The notes below the pieces were generated by a model. That model was not told the origin of the DNA. It did no database searches and saw only the letters and a program-made list of their open reading frames with translations. A stretch of 64,000 nucleotides of DNA from Camelus ferus. Taxonomy: Eukaryota. Of this stretch, positions 1-14,260 are shown piece after piece. Every line of letters starts with the position of its first letter. Within the stretch, counting starts at the first letter, position 1. Where the stretch lies: contig NC_045696.1 of the NCBI RefSeq assembly GCF_009834535.1, positions 32,428,001 to 32,492,000 of the forward strand, written 5' to 3'. The translations under genes and the position numbers were made by a program.

Positions 1-1714
1 TGAGAAGCTCTCAGGCAGGTGAACATTCCTGTAATTGAAATCATCATGTGCATTCTGACCCTTATTGGGGAAGTTGTGTATTAGGTTCACACCAAGCAAT
101 CATGGAAGCAATTATGGGCACTTGTCCTGGGGCTGCCACAGCCCAGGTGCTGCTGCCTGATTGTCATTTGGTAATTACCTTGGTACTTCCCAACTTCTCC
201 TTAGCATCAGTTAACAATGCAATATACTTCAAGTGAAGTCGCCTTGGAAGTACAAGTAAATACTTAATTATTTAGTTTGTGGCTTCATATAGGTGCTGTC
301 TGCTTCACCTGGAATGCACAGATGTATAATGAAAACTGCCTTTTGAAGAGACTTGCACAGAAGTCAAAATTGGAGGTGAAATCTTTGCCATTAGCCACAC
401 AGTTCCTTTTGAAATCTAGAAGATACGTTAAATAATAGTGATGATAGAGGTATTGCCAACTTTAGGATTTTTTTCGAGTCTTTGAAGTCTGACTTTGCAG
501 AACAGATTGTAACTCTCTGGCCCATTACACACCTGCGGAGATTTTTGGTGTTTTATTTCTCTTGGGTGAAACTGCAGAAGCCCAAACCGTGTTAATCATT
601 GTCAGAACCAGTTGTATAAAATGCCAAAACGCAGTGAACCAAGTGTCTTATAATAAATATGACAATACAGTTAGAATGTTGTTTTGTTAGGCTTGTTATT
701 TGTTGTAATTTTTCATTTATAATCTTGGAAAGGAGAAAGTTCTAAGGCTTTTATCAGAGAAAATTTTAACCACAGGGGAGATGTCACCATATTGTGTAAA
801 TAAGACTTTAAGTCCTTATATGATAATTAATTCAGACCAAATAAATAAACTAATTTAATAGAAGTATTTGATTAAATGCCTTAAACATGCCTGTTTTAAA
901 AATCTTTGATATCAAACCATTACTACTAAAATCTATATTTATCTGTCACTCTGTGAATGGCATATAATTAATACAAGAATTAATTTTTTCACTATATTAT
1001 TTCATATATATCTTTTATTTTATTGTCTTTCTTTTTCATTTACAACTCAATCTTAGATTTCTACCAAATAGCAAGTATAATAATTGGGTTGTGGAAAGAA
1101 TAATTTTAATCTTCTAACAGTGCTTTTATGTAAAATATACATTGAATTAACTAGATTTAAAATTATTACAGATAGCTTAGCTATGTCATTGGTTTTTCCT
1201 TACACAGTAAGTATCCTGGCATGTATTTTCAACTGATTTCTCAAAGGAAACATATTCTGTAAAAATAAATATATCATAGTATATCATAAACTGCTATGTC
1301 TAATTCATGATGGACAATTCAGATACATAATATCCAAATCAAGTAATATCCATCTATTTCACATTCATGATGATGTAATTTTAACAACATATTAATTTTG
1401 AGGAAGACTTTTCTCCCTATTGAATAACTATTTACATAAATGTAAAATAGTTTAAATTTACTTGCCATCAACATTTGTTTCTTGTTAACCAACTCATAAG
1501 CAAAATGCCTTATATTATTATTTGTTTCATAAATATTTATTTTGCATGTATCTGCCAGTAAGTAATACACAAAAGGCATGCAAAGAAATACAATACATTC
1601 TCCTGGGCTACAGAACTTTACTTTGAAGTACAGTGATACCAAGGCTGAGAAAATCACTTCTCTATGTTTCCGTGATGTTCAGACTATTTTGCAGTTGTCT
1701 GTTCGCTGCTTGGA

Positions 1715-1835
1715 GCCTTAACTCAAGATCATAAGCTTCTTGGGCAGCGACCGTATTTGTTCATCATTACATCATTAGCTCCCAGGATAGCTCCTGGCAC
1801 ATAATAAGGAATCAATCAATATTTCTTTTACTGAG
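1715..1835 (+). mobile_element. L2 LINE 3' end relic
   Basis: aagcttcttgggcag...tttgttcatc...cctggcacataataaggaatcaatcaatatt resembles the L2 3' terminus; boundaries approximate. Confidence 0.6.
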
Positions 1836-3820
1836 TGGGTTAACTAAATGCTTAACTGCTTGTAAAAGTTGGGGGAAAGTTTATGTAGTATGAGTTCTTC
1901 TGTACCATATATATTTCTTAAGGTCAACATTATAGACCCTGCTATGCTGCTCTGCCTACTTTCAGCCCAGTGACTTGCATTAAAAGGAGTGAGATTCAAA
2001 TAACTGTGGTGATATAATATCAATCTTTGTTCACTGTCTTCAAGTCCTTAAGTTTCCCACTTCACTCATATATATATCACATACATGGCTACAATTGAGA
2101 ATCTGGAATCTGCAGTTAGAAAGTACCTGAAATCAATTAATATGACCTTCTCAAAATTGTGATGAGGGCTGGAATAGTATGTTCTCAAAATGTGTTATCT
2201 TGTGGTGTGTTTAGGCTACACACTGAAGAAATAATTGAACTAAAAATGCACTAATGAATTATCTAATTTATCTTAATTTGCGTACATTTTTATGGCCCCT
2301 TAGCAAAGATGCCTTTCAATAATTTTAGAAATTACTAAAGCTATTATCAACTGAATTTACAATTTGACTAGAGCACTTGAATGCTTCTAAATTTTCAGGT
2401 CCAAGGCTCTGAGTTACACATCCCTAACTATTGTTCAACAATGAAAGAGAAGTATTGTGCCCTTCACAGACCACTAGCATCTGATGATCTAATTCCATCT
2501 TCAACAATAGCTACAAGGAAGAGCAAAAAATACAGTGTTGAAAGTGGTGTTTTAGCTATTGTACATGTAAATGATTAGAAGGGAGTGGGCTGAGCCCTGT
2601 AGGGGCCAATATTATTTCAGACATTTCCCTGCAGTCAATTCCCAATTTTCCATGGTAATAGAATAAGTATAGATGAGAGTCATATACACTATCTGAAAAA
2701 AAGCATTTTAGTTGGTAATGCAAACCTACATTTATTTTGCCTTCTCCACATATGTTACCTACACATGCACATATATTGTATAAATTATTTAAAATACTTA
2801 CATGGCTCCTTTTCCCAAGCAGAATACAATTTATCCTGGCAGGGAAGACAATATATTTCTAATTATTTTCATAGAGAGTTTAGATGTAAACAGATGAACA
2901 GGGAAGGGAAAATCATCATTCGTTAATGTCTCTCTGTTTAAAGACCACTCTGTGTAGCCCATTTGTGTCTCAGTTGCCCACTCCATGCACTGGTTAAGGT
3001 TGTAATGCAATCTCTGTTCACAACCAGTCTCCAACCCCACCAAGAAAAAAGGACTAGGCCAATAACAATAGACTGTCTCACTTTATCTTGGGAAAAATAA
3101 AATCTAATGTAAAGGAAAAAAAAATTTTAAGAAGTCGTGATTTATTTCTCTCTATATACACCCTTCTTCCTAAATAATTTTTTGTAATAAACATTTTTTA
3201 AGGTTGAAGATGTTACCAAAGGAAGACAGAATTTTTAAAATATTTTTATTCCAATTAAGTGACCAATTTATTGCACTAAAATCCTGAATGTAAATAAGGG
3301 TGAGATTCTCAAAGATTAATGATGGAGATTTGGACCAAAGAATAATGATGGGAAATTGTTATATAAATATATTTTAAGGAGATAGTGAGAAGTGCCTGGA
3401 TAATCCATTGACTGTATCCCATTCATCTTTGACAAATCCCTTGTGTTCCTGAGTTTAAAAAAATTGATTTCATAAATAGTTCTATAGGAAATTACCACTG
3501 GAAATCTCCAAAATATTTAAGGACAAAAAACTGGTATTAGATGATGCTAAATATATTTTGACATGATATACCTTTACTCATTGAAAGAAATGTTTTATTT
3601 AAAGAAATAGCAAAATCAAAAGAAGGATTATAAATAAAAGTTGCATTCTTGCTTAAACAGAATTTGAAAACTAAATATGTCTGGGAGAAAACTAAACATA
3701 AGGCTGTAACATCAGCAGTTATAAATGCTGTTATACCTACACTGATCGCAATTCATAGATTTTAAAAATATTTTTATAGCTACCCAAACTAATTTCTGAA
3801 GAACATCTAGAGATAATTCT

Positions 3821-5587
3821 TTTTAATTGAAGTATATAGTCAGTTACAATGTGTCAATTTCTGATGTACAGCACAGTGTCCCAGTTGTGCTTATATATAC
3901 ATATATTTGCTTTCATATTTTTTTCATTAACGTTATTACAAGATACTGAATATAGTTCCCTGTGCTATACAGAAAAAAAAAAGTCTTTTTAATCTATTTT
4001 TGTATATAGTGGCTAACATTTGCAAATCTCAAACTCCCAGATTTATCCCTTCCCCCCTCCTTTCCCACAGTAACCATAAGATTATTTACTTTATCTGTGA
4101 GTCTGTTTCTGTTTTGTAGATGAGTTCATTAGTGTTTTCTTTTCTCTTTCTTTTTTTTTTAAGATTTCACATATTAGTGGTATCATATGTTATTTTTCTT
4201 TCTCTTTCTGACTTACTTCACTTAGAATGACGATGTCTAGGCCCATCCATATTGCTGTAAATGGCATTATTTTATTCTTTTTATGACTGAGTAGTATTCC
4301 ATTGTATAAATATACCACAACTTCTTTATCTGGTCATCTGTAGATGAACATTTAGGTTGCTTCCATGTCTTGGCTATTGTATATAGTGCTACTATGAATA
4401 TTGGGATGCATGTATCTTTTCAAATTAGAGTTCCCTCAGGATATATGCCCAGGAGTGGGATTGCTGGATCATATAGTAAGTCTATTTTTAGTTTTTTGAG
4501 GCATGTCCATCCTGTTTTCCATAATGGCTGCACCAAACTATATTTCCACCAGTAGTGTAGGAGGGTTCCCTTTTCTCCACACCCTCTCCAGCATTTATTG
4601 TTCATGAAGTTTTGAATGATGGCCATTCTGACTGGCGTGAGGTGATACCTTATGGTAGTTTTGATTGTCATTTCTCTGATAGAGATATTGATCAAGCATT
4701 TCTTTCACTTGTCTATTGGCCATTTGTATGTCTTCACTGAAGAATTGCTTGTTTAGGTCTTCTGCCCATTTTTGGATTGGGTTGTTTGGTTTTTTCTTAC
4801 TAAGTTGTATGAGCTGTTTATATATTTTGGAAATTAAACCTTTGTCAGTCACAAATATTTTTCTCCCATTCCATATGCTGACATTTTGTTTTACTTATAG
4901 TTTCCTTTGCTGTGCAAAAGCTTATACATTTAATTAGGTCCCATTTGTTAATTTTTGTTTCTGTTTCTATTGGCTAGGTAGACTGCCCTAGGAGAACATT
5001 GCTAAGATTTATGTCAGAGAATGTTTTGCCTATGTTTTCTTCTAGGAGGTTTATCGTGTTGTGTCTCATATTTTCAGTCTTTAAGCCATTTTGAGTTTAC
5101 TTTTGTGTATGGTGTGAGGGAGTGTTCTAACTTCATTGATTTATATGCAGCTGTCCAGTTTTCCCAGCACGACTTGCTGCCAAGAGACTCTTTTCTCCAT
5201 TGTATATTCTTGCCTCCTTTGTCGAAGATTAACTGACCGCAGGTCTGTGGGTTTATTTCTGGGCTCTGTATTCTGTTCCATTGATCCATGTGTCTGTCTT
5301 TATGCCAAAATGCTCTTTTGATTACTGTAGCTCTGTAGTATTGTCTGAAGTCTGGGAGGGTTATTCCTCCAGTTCCGTTCTTCTTCTTCAGTATTGCTTT
5401 GGCAATTCTGGTTCTTTTGTGATTCCATATAAACTTTAGGGTTATTTTTTCTAGTTCTGTGAAAAATGTCATGGGTAATTTGATAGGGATTGCATTAAAT
5501 CTGTATATTACCTTGAGCAGTATGGCCATTTAAACAGTACTGAGTCTTCCAATCCAAGAACATGGGATATCTTTCCGTTTCTTTAAG
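3821..5587 (-). mobile_element. 5'-truncated L1 (camelid/artiodactyl type): 3' part of ORF2 plus 3' UTR
   Basis: Minus-strand ORFs 5074-5529 ([19 protein letters not shown]...QWNRI), 4595-4852 ([12 protein letters not shown]...KWAEDLN) and 4420-4695 ([12 protein letters not shown]...[13 protein letters not shown]) are frameshifted L1 ORF2 C-terminal segments. The 3' UTR ends at a T-run at 3821. Candidate TSD tagagataattct (3808-3820) / tagagatgatttt (5588-5600). Confidence 0.95.
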
Positions 5588-5814
5588 TAGAGATGATTTT
5601 ACCTGGATAGAGTGCAAATAAATTGAGTAGGACTTTAAAATCCAGGGATCTTGGTCTACATATGAGATAGCTAGATATTTCTGAGTTTGATACTAGAAAT
5701 CCTCCTGTAGTGCTAAATACCTATTTATGTTTCATTAGTTCCATTTTGTTACTTAAGAGATTCTTGATGTTTCCTCAGGTAAAAACAGCATTTAGTCAAT
5801 ATACTCAATAAGCA

Positions 5815-6045
5815 TTATCTTAAGACATTACTATGTCCCAAAAATAATTGCTAACTAAATGCTTTAATACGTATTTTCTAATCCCCTAAACGAGACTATC
5901 ATTTAGTTATACAACTACATTTTTAGGATGAGGAAATTCAAGTTCAGAGAAGCTGCACTCGGGGCCAAACTGATACAACCAATGAGTCATCGAGTTGGCA
6001 TACAAATATCTATTTGATTCCAATTAAAGTTCTTTTCACTATGCA
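5815..6045 (-). mobile_element. MIR SINE
   Basis: Core-like cattttta-ggatgaggaaattcaagttcagagaag, the reverse-orientation MIR core. Confidence 0.6.
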
Positions 6046-8739
6046 ACTTCAGTTTTTCTTCTAGTCTCTTCTTCTCATCTTTCCCAATAAGGTCACATTC
6101 ACTGTCTTCTCAGCTCCCAATATAGAAATGAAAGAATAGTTTCTCAATTGTATAAGCTGAAAATAAAAAGTGAAAGAAAAAAAAAGAACAGGTTGTTGAG
6201 TTGGAGATCATTTCAATAGGTTTTTTGTCTAATAAAAATGAATGTACAACATGCTCTCTCTTTTCCCAGTTCATGTAAATCATCTTTTTGTTTATGTAAA
6301 TTATAAAATTATAAAATATATATCTGATTCCCAATTCCTTTCTCCAGATAACTTAGTCTTATTAACCCTTTCCCTATAAACACTTTAATACTTTGTTCCC
6401 TTGGCAATTATGTGCTGTTTGTACAACATATTACAGTCCCTTTGCATTAGTGAATAAATCCACTTGTGATTATTCCCTTATTATTTTATATAGATTTCAA
6501 TAACAACACTTAAATTTGCCTAAGTAAATTATAGTAAGTGATAGTCATTAGGTACAGACTGTGATCTGTTTTTACGCTGAGTATTTCATATGCATATGTA
6601 ACAATTCTCATAGGAACAGCGTGAAATAGGTACTATCATTAAGCCATTTGACGGTAATACAACTAATGATTTCAAAGAACACCCAAGCCCTTGGACTCAA
6701 GATCATCTACACTAAATTGTTTTGAGATTTAGGTGTACTTTTAAAATGCATGCTCTGGTTCTTCATACTTGTCTCCTAAATTACACATATGTTCCCTCAG
6801 TGCACTTTGAGTTTTCACATAACATTAACAAATACATCTCAACAGGATTTAGTAACTGAAGTAATAGTGAGACATGTTTAATACCTACTCAGAGCAAGGA
6901 TCATAAGACAAGATTGTTGTGTAACTAGTATTACAGTTAACTTGCCAGTTGATTAATTTTAATCTACTTGACCCATCACCTTATTAATCTCATTGTAAAT
7001 GTAGCAGAGGAGAAAAAAAATGACAGTAAAACATGTTACAGATATAATATAAAAAAGGAAAACTGTAAAAAAGAAATGAAGCCACTGCACATAATAGAAG
7101 TCATTTAAAGAACTAGGAATTTAATATTCTTGCCTAAAATTATGAAAAATAAGCTGAATATCAGGCAAACATTATATATTTTTTTGAAAAAGGATATGCA
7201 TGATGGTTTGCTCTCTTGTTTGAACTTGTTAGTGTTTTCTTAGTTTAATGATGTGCCATCCTGTTATATTTTTAAGGAAGAATATTGTTTGGCTATCTCT
7301 ATATTACATATCAAATTTACTGCACATATTGTTTGAGCTTTGTAAGCAACATTATTGAATATATTCAATATGAATATTTTACTTTTAAAATGAAAAAACT
7401 AGAATTTTGGTATTCAAATTTAAATATAATGCCAAAAAGACAAGTTTTCAATGAACTAGAAGAAAAGTTTGGTATTTTGATATAACAGAATTTGAAATAT
7501 TAATTTTTATTGAAAATTCCTTTGAGCAAATAAAATAGTTTCACATCATTAAAGTATTTGTTTCTATATAGTCACCAGATCTTTTTATGAAAACTCTTCC
7601 TACGTAATAGACTCTGCCCCTCGCTTTCATTTAATTTGCTCTTTTCTGTTGTCTCCTTCTCCTGTAATAAGAGCTTATAATAATGAACATGATATCTGGT
7701 TAATGAAGAATGCATTGCATATTTAGAGATCTACATATTTATGTGACCTTCTTTTGTTCATAAATGCTAATATTTATTGCTTCTTTGTTGAGATTTTATT
7801 TTATGTTTCATAACAAACAAAAGTATGATTAGTGAAGCTGTAAAGTTCTCATGGTAGCTGCCTGTGTTCCCAAGATAGCAGCATTAGTGTCTACAGAAGC
7901 AGTTAATGCTGTTTATCATTAGTGACAGAGGCTGGGAAGGACCTTCTGTGGCTTTTATCTTTCACCTTGCCAACAGAAGTTGATGAGCTTTCTGATTTAA
8001 ATTCATAGGTGATGCTTCAGGATTTATATGCATTTCACCTGGACAAGCACACAGGTAAACCTGTCCTGCTGATGAAGACTAATTAAAATCATCCTAACAT
8101 TCTAATCCTGGACATCCTTATGAAAACCATTACTTTATCCATACTCAATGCCAGAGTTGCCCAATGGAAACATGAAATATAATACAGCTCATGAAGGAGA
8201 ATTATCCCATTAGTGGCTTCAAAAGGGTTAATTGCATTATGAGTGAGGTTTTTTTTTTTTTTTAGGTGGATATAAATAAATGAATGCAAGGCACATTCCT
8301 ATAATGACGTAAGTCTTTACAAATTTAAGTTTTTAATAGTTACAAGAATTTTGAAATGAAGCAAGGCAGTTCCAATGATATAGCACACTTGAATCATACT
8401 GATCATTTTTTAATATAAATATTTTCCAAAGCATGGTGCCCAAGAGAAATGCCAGATGTCATCAGAAAACCCAATTTTGAGGTTGGGTTTATTTGGAAAT
8501 TTGAGTGAAAGTTTAAGCAGCTTTTGCCATTATAAAAATGTTCTGTATTTAAGACAGTAACGAATATTATGATTATCCAAAAGGGTAATATGGTATCTAG
8601 TATTTCCTAAAATTTTGAGGAATCATTCTGTGTGGCTAGCTTCCCATGAAACAATATTAGAAAGATTCTTTTACCATCATTGCTCCCACAACATGTTGTT
8701 TTCAAATTTTAAATTGAATAAATCTCCATTCTTATCATC

Positions 8740-9225
8740 CTGCCTAATTTGAATGGTTTTCTCTTGCCCTCAGAATAAAATCTAAACTCCTTACTATGAA
8801 AAGGAGGAAGCTGTGTGGCCCAGCTCTGCTTTTGTCTTTGAACTGTAACAGGTCATTCTGCTCTTGGCTTCAGCCACACTGCTGCTAACCTCCTTGAATA
8901 TGCCAAATTGTGCAATATGCAATAGTTGGTGCCTCAACACCTTTCTATTAGCTTTTCCTCCCAACAGGAGGCTCTTTTTAAAAAAATATCAGTATCACTT
9001 TTCTCTGTTCAGCGAGGTCTTCCTTCCCTTGTCTTTTCTAAAGTCTAGTGTTCCTGACTATCTCAGCTGCCTGGTAGTACTTCGTGCCTTCTAAAATTAG
9101 TTTCTGTGTGTGGCAATAAGCCCTGTGGGGACAAACCATATTAATCTTGTTCACCATCAAATCCCCAGCATGTGGGATGGAGCCCGCCACAAAGCAGGTA
9201 TTCTGAACATTTCCTTGAATGAATA
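8740..9225 (+). mobile_element. L2 LINE 3' fragment
   Basis: ctcagaataaaatctaaactcctta...tcttgttcaccatc...ccccagca...ttgaatgaat, typical of the L2 3' region and tail. Confidence 0.7.
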
Positions 9226-10877
9226 CTTAAGATTCTCTCATAAAAACTGAGGGAAATTGGGTAAGAGGAGAGACTTCTCTTTCTTCTTTCATTCTATTCT
9301 AAAGCGTAAATACTCAGAAAAGAAAAGCAAACTGAGTATGTTATTTTCAGGAAATGAGGCATTGACTAAAATTTATTAGACGTCACCATCAAAATAATAT
9401 AATATTAAATATATAACAAGGTGGTGTTTTGAAGTTGTTACTGATGAAGGTAATAAGACGTAGTGAAGAGGAATGATTGAAAACTACAGATTCCGAGATT
9501 CAGGTGGCCTGGTTTCATTACATATATAATAATAAAAGTAATCATAATAATATTGATAACAACAACAACATAAGCAAGTGGTTTTGGTATCTGAAATCAA
9601 TTAAAAAAAACCAGTTAATGTTGTTAATTTACTTATTTTACCACAATTTCATAAAGATTGCTTGAGTGTTGCTAACCAGAAAACACTATTATCTAAACAA
9701 TATGGTAAAATTTGTCACACCAGATAGTTTTGGGCTCATCTATAAATTATTTTTAAAGGAAGATAATCCTTTAAGTGTAATGGTATTTATTTTAAACTGT
9801 AGGTTTTAGATTAAGGTAAATACATGTTGTATATTTTCCTAAGTAACTGAAGAAGAAAAACTTTGAAAATAAAAGTCAGCTGTTTTATTTCCCTTTGGAA
9901 ATTGATCTGAGTTTACTCTGATATGTGTTTGTAGGCTTGAGAAATTTGGATGGGGAGGCAAATTCTTTGACTTTCATGTGCAAGTATCCAAATATTTCAT
10001 TGTAATGCAATTTTGCTCTAGCTTTAATGATATCAGCTGTATAATCTCATTTCTTTTTTGCAAGAGAAAAGCATCAGAGTAAAGGGAATAGATTTTAGTA
10101 ATAACAACACACTCCACAAATCAATATTATATCCTTCAAAGGAATCTGAATTCACAGGATCGAGAAATTGTGACCCACAAGTTTATTTTCTTTTTTTATC
10201 AACAAAAATACATTTTATTCAACTTGTTATGTTTTTGGTGCTCCATCAAATTCATTTTATACAACTGGCAACTGTTACACAATAAAGACTGAAACAGTGG
10301 CTTTCATTCTATAACTAGAGTTGATACCACACTCAGCTTTCATTCTTTACTGTGACCCATCTTATTTTCTGATATGTTCTGAAAAATGCACATTCTATGC
10401 AAGAAAGGTTTGGCAAACATTCCTATTTTCCAATCTGTTTGTCAAAGTCAGCAGCAGCTGAATGGAAGAGTATTTCCGGAAAATGTGATATTTAATGGTA
10501 AGCAGTGTTGAGTCCCCTTTCAAAGAGTAAAGTTGAACTATCTTCCCCATATTACATAAATCACCTTGATTACTATATGCACATGAGTAAGGATTGTAAC
10601 AGTAAATTTCTATTATAAATATCTATAGATGCACATTAATGTAGATTATAATATAAATAGATTAATAATATTTTAGGCATATTATTACAGTATGCAATTA
10701 ATATAAATATTGACTGAAACTATCAGTGGTATTTAAGTTTTCAAGAACTTAAAGTTTTTCCTGACCACATGAGAAGTAGGAAGTAGGAGAAATCTGCCAG
10801 GTAACCCTGTAGCATTGATTTAGAATCATGACATCTTTTAAAGATAATGTTAAATTGAGGTAATCATAATATTTGTA

Positions 10878-10900
10878 AATATATATATATATATATATAT
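10878..10900. repeat. (AT)n microsatellite
   Basis: Direct reading of the AT run. Confidence 0.9.
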
Positions 10901-13116
10901 CTCAACATAAGTATTGATATCTTTGCTTTATAATCAATATAAATTTCAAGGTAAAATACTTATATGAATCAGAAAAATAATATCAAACATTTTAACAGTT
11001 TTAGAGTACACAAGTTAAGTTGCATATATATTATATAAAGCTATTTTAATAAGCATATTTAATGTGAGATCTAATTTTTAATTATTAAAATGTTAATTTA
11101 AATTAAGTATGATTGCTTTGGTTAAACTCAAAAATATGCTTGAGAAAGTATCAATGTGTTATAAATCTATTAATTTCTTCCCTCTCCTAATTGTGAATTG
11201 AAGCACAAACACACTCATCCAAATAATTGAATAACAAAAATCCAGTTAAACTTTAATTCATTCACATTTTTGATATTAAATTCAGTATAGATATTTATAA
11301 ATCATTGATTTTCTTAATTCAGGTTATCCTACAGTTTATGTTTCCTTCTGATTCAGATAGTCAATTATTCTTCTTTGAAGACAGATACTGTGGTTAGAGT
11401 AAAATCAAAAAGAGTTGCAAAAAAATGTAGAATAGATGTCATCCTATTTAGTTAAAGCAACTTAAAATAGCTCTGATGAATTTCATACGCTAGCTACCCA
11501 ATTAATACTTTAATGAAATAATCTTCAAAGGAGAAGACTAGGATAAGCACCTCCAACATCAAACAATATTTTAGAAAATAAATACAAAGTGAGAAACTAT
11601 AGCTATGAAAACATTAAATAAATGAAGAGCCAGCATTTGTTAGTAAATATTCATGTTTGCTAAATACCCCTACCTATATATTTTATTCTTTCTATGAACA
11701 TAGTACTTGTGTATATGTGAATGTGTAAAATATATAAAGAAGTAATTTGTAAAGGCAAATATGGTTGATCAGAACTGATTTCTGAGTGACACATTCTGCT
11801 GAGTCGGGAATACAGATAACAGTACAGTGTGCAATTACCAGCTTTGTCCCTACGTTTTCTGCTGAGTAAGCATTACATGTAATTGATGAAAACCACATTT
11901 CATTTTGTACTGATTCCGTGAGATTTTGGCTTCTGATTTCTTGGGAGCCGATACTGATGGTAGAAGAATTAACCCTATACTCTGAATTATCTCTACATTA
12001 TTTTAAAGTATAAACTGTTTGTTGGCAATTTATTCTAGTTACTACAATAATGTATTTTACAAATGAGAATTTTATGTGTTCATTCCTTTTCATTAAAACC
12101 TACATAGCCTTTTCCCAAAAGTCTGCTTGCAATGAGATATATCTTTAATAATGAAATATTTTTGAGAGTCTGTACTTTATCCAACCAAGTAAAATTTTGG
12201 TTTTATGAGTTTTGGATTGTCATAGGACCTTTCAATGGCCTGTGTAGTCTGCAGGATGCTGGGTGAATCGTCAGCAGCCAGGGCTGATTCTGTAGGGAAT
12301 GCTGTAAGCTTGGCTTTCTGCTCTTCATTGGTCTTTCAAAATGTTGATATCTGGGAAAACTCAGAAAACCATTGCCTGAATCTCCAAAAGGCAGGCCCAA
12401 GAAAGAGTGCTAGAGGGTTAGAAGAAGATGAGGCCTTCTTTACTTGGCCTTTATTCAGCTCTAGAAATGACAGTTTGGGCCCCTGTAAAGTGATTAAGGC
12501 AGAAAAGACTTTCATAGATGTTGCTTTTGCTGCCAACACTTCACTTCCTCTGGAATCAGCAGGAAATCACTGCCATACATGTACTTAATCTTATCAAGTT
12601 CATTGTTTTATGTCTTGGCAATCTGTGCTAAAAATTTAGTGTGATCAATTACAAATAGAGTCAATCTTGAAACATTGCAGTGTGGCTTTCAAAAAATTAT
12701 TGTATAAATACACACATCCTTGGAGACTTACTGTATGATAATTCCTTATTTCTGAAACAAAAATGAAACAAGCTAAAGCAATAACAACACAAATGGAAAC
12801 AAAGTAAATTGTATTCAAAATTATTTTAGATCATTCTAGAATATGGGCAATATTAGCACAGAAGTGTTTAGGTGGTTTCCAGGGTGGTCTGTGCTAAAAA
12901 GAGGACTCTATCAAGTGTAAACAACAAGCATTAATTTAGGTCCAGAGTCACATGAGATAATGAGCAATGGCTAGACCCCTTAAACAGAGGTAGGGGGAAA
13001 TAACACTACAAGGGTACCAGATGCACAGTTGAGCTCTAATAATAGTCAAAAAGCAGCTTGCTTTCTTACCTTTATTCTGATTCCTGACTCTCATGTTCTA
13101 CATATTTATCTGATTT

Positions 13117-13162
13117 TATATATATGTGTGTGTGTGTGTGTGTATATATACATATATTTATA
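13117..13162. repeat. (TA)n(TG)n compound microsatellite
   Basis: tatatatatgtgtgtgtgtgtgtgtgtatatata. Confidence 0.9.
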
Positions 13163-13779
13163 TGAAAATAAATAAATCTTATTCACTAAATAAAGCAAGA
13201 CATCTATTTTAACTGCATTTGTTTAAGAATTGTTTCCCAGTATATTTTGAAATTATGTATTGCTTTTTGATAAGATATAGTATTTTTCAGTCCTTTAGTA
13301 GAGCATAGCAATATATATTCATGTCTACAAAGCAGAGCAGCTATTAAAGTCAAAACACAATGATAGAAAATAAAACTTTTCAAATGATCCTATCATTTAC
13401 AACATCATTAGTGTCTACCACTGACTTGCCTATAATGATGGAATAGAGAAAAGAAACAAATAATACACAAATCAAAGATCTGATAATTTCAAATGAAGAG
13501 GGAGGAAATTAGAATTTATTGTACTTCTATATCCTTGTAACATTTTATGTGAAATCTACATCAGTAAAACTATCAACATTTAAAAATGCAAAATTTAGAT
13601 ATAAGAAAATATAAAATTTCTGATTACTAGAAAAATACTAGAGTGATAGTCTAAGCATTTTATAGGCAAGACAATGGAAGAAATTTTTGAGGTTAAAAAA
13701 TGCTTTTAAAAAATATTTCACACATAAATGTCCGCATATATAAACTTTTATCCACCAGAAAACTTTTAGTCAATAGTAC

Positions 13780-14260
13780 TAGCAACCATACCATTGAATG
13801 TCTCCCATGCTTCTCTCCAATGCTGTTCTCATTCTTCCTAAGGTTAATCACTATTTTTTTCTATCATTTACTTCCTTTTTATTATAGACATGATATTTAA
13901 GCTTTTTATGATTTTTAATTTTATATCAATGATTTCATATTGTATATATTCTTTAACACCCACTTTTTCTCTCCCAACATTTCACTTTGAAGATTTTCCA
14001 TTCATTTATTCATAAATTGATTTTCATTGCTCTATAGTATTTTATTTAATGAATGTAACTTACCCAATTTATTCGTCCATTCCTTCTTTGATGAATATTT
14101 GAGTGATTTCTATTTTTCTTCTTTTAAACACTGCTTCCCTGAAAAGTCTTATAAATGATGTACCAGTACAATAATTTCCAAGAATGGTATTGCTAGATTA
14201 AAGAATAGGCAAATATTCAAATTTATAGGACAAAGTCAACTCCCTTTTCAGGACAATAAT
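13780..14260 (-). mobile_element. Ancient L1 (L1ME-like) 3' fragment
   Basis: ttcattgctctatagtatt...ttattcgtccattcc...gatgaatatttgagtgatttc...gaatggtattgctagat resemble old L1M 3' sequence in antisense. Confidence 0.55.

Noticed and set aside
4420..5529. ORFs of 85-151 aa as a protein-coding gene
   Set aside because: They are frameshifted L1 ORF2 remnants of a 5'-truncated element.
12235..12588. 117-aa ORF in a GC-richer island
   Set aside because: No recognisable domain or convincing splice sites; more plausibly non-coding.
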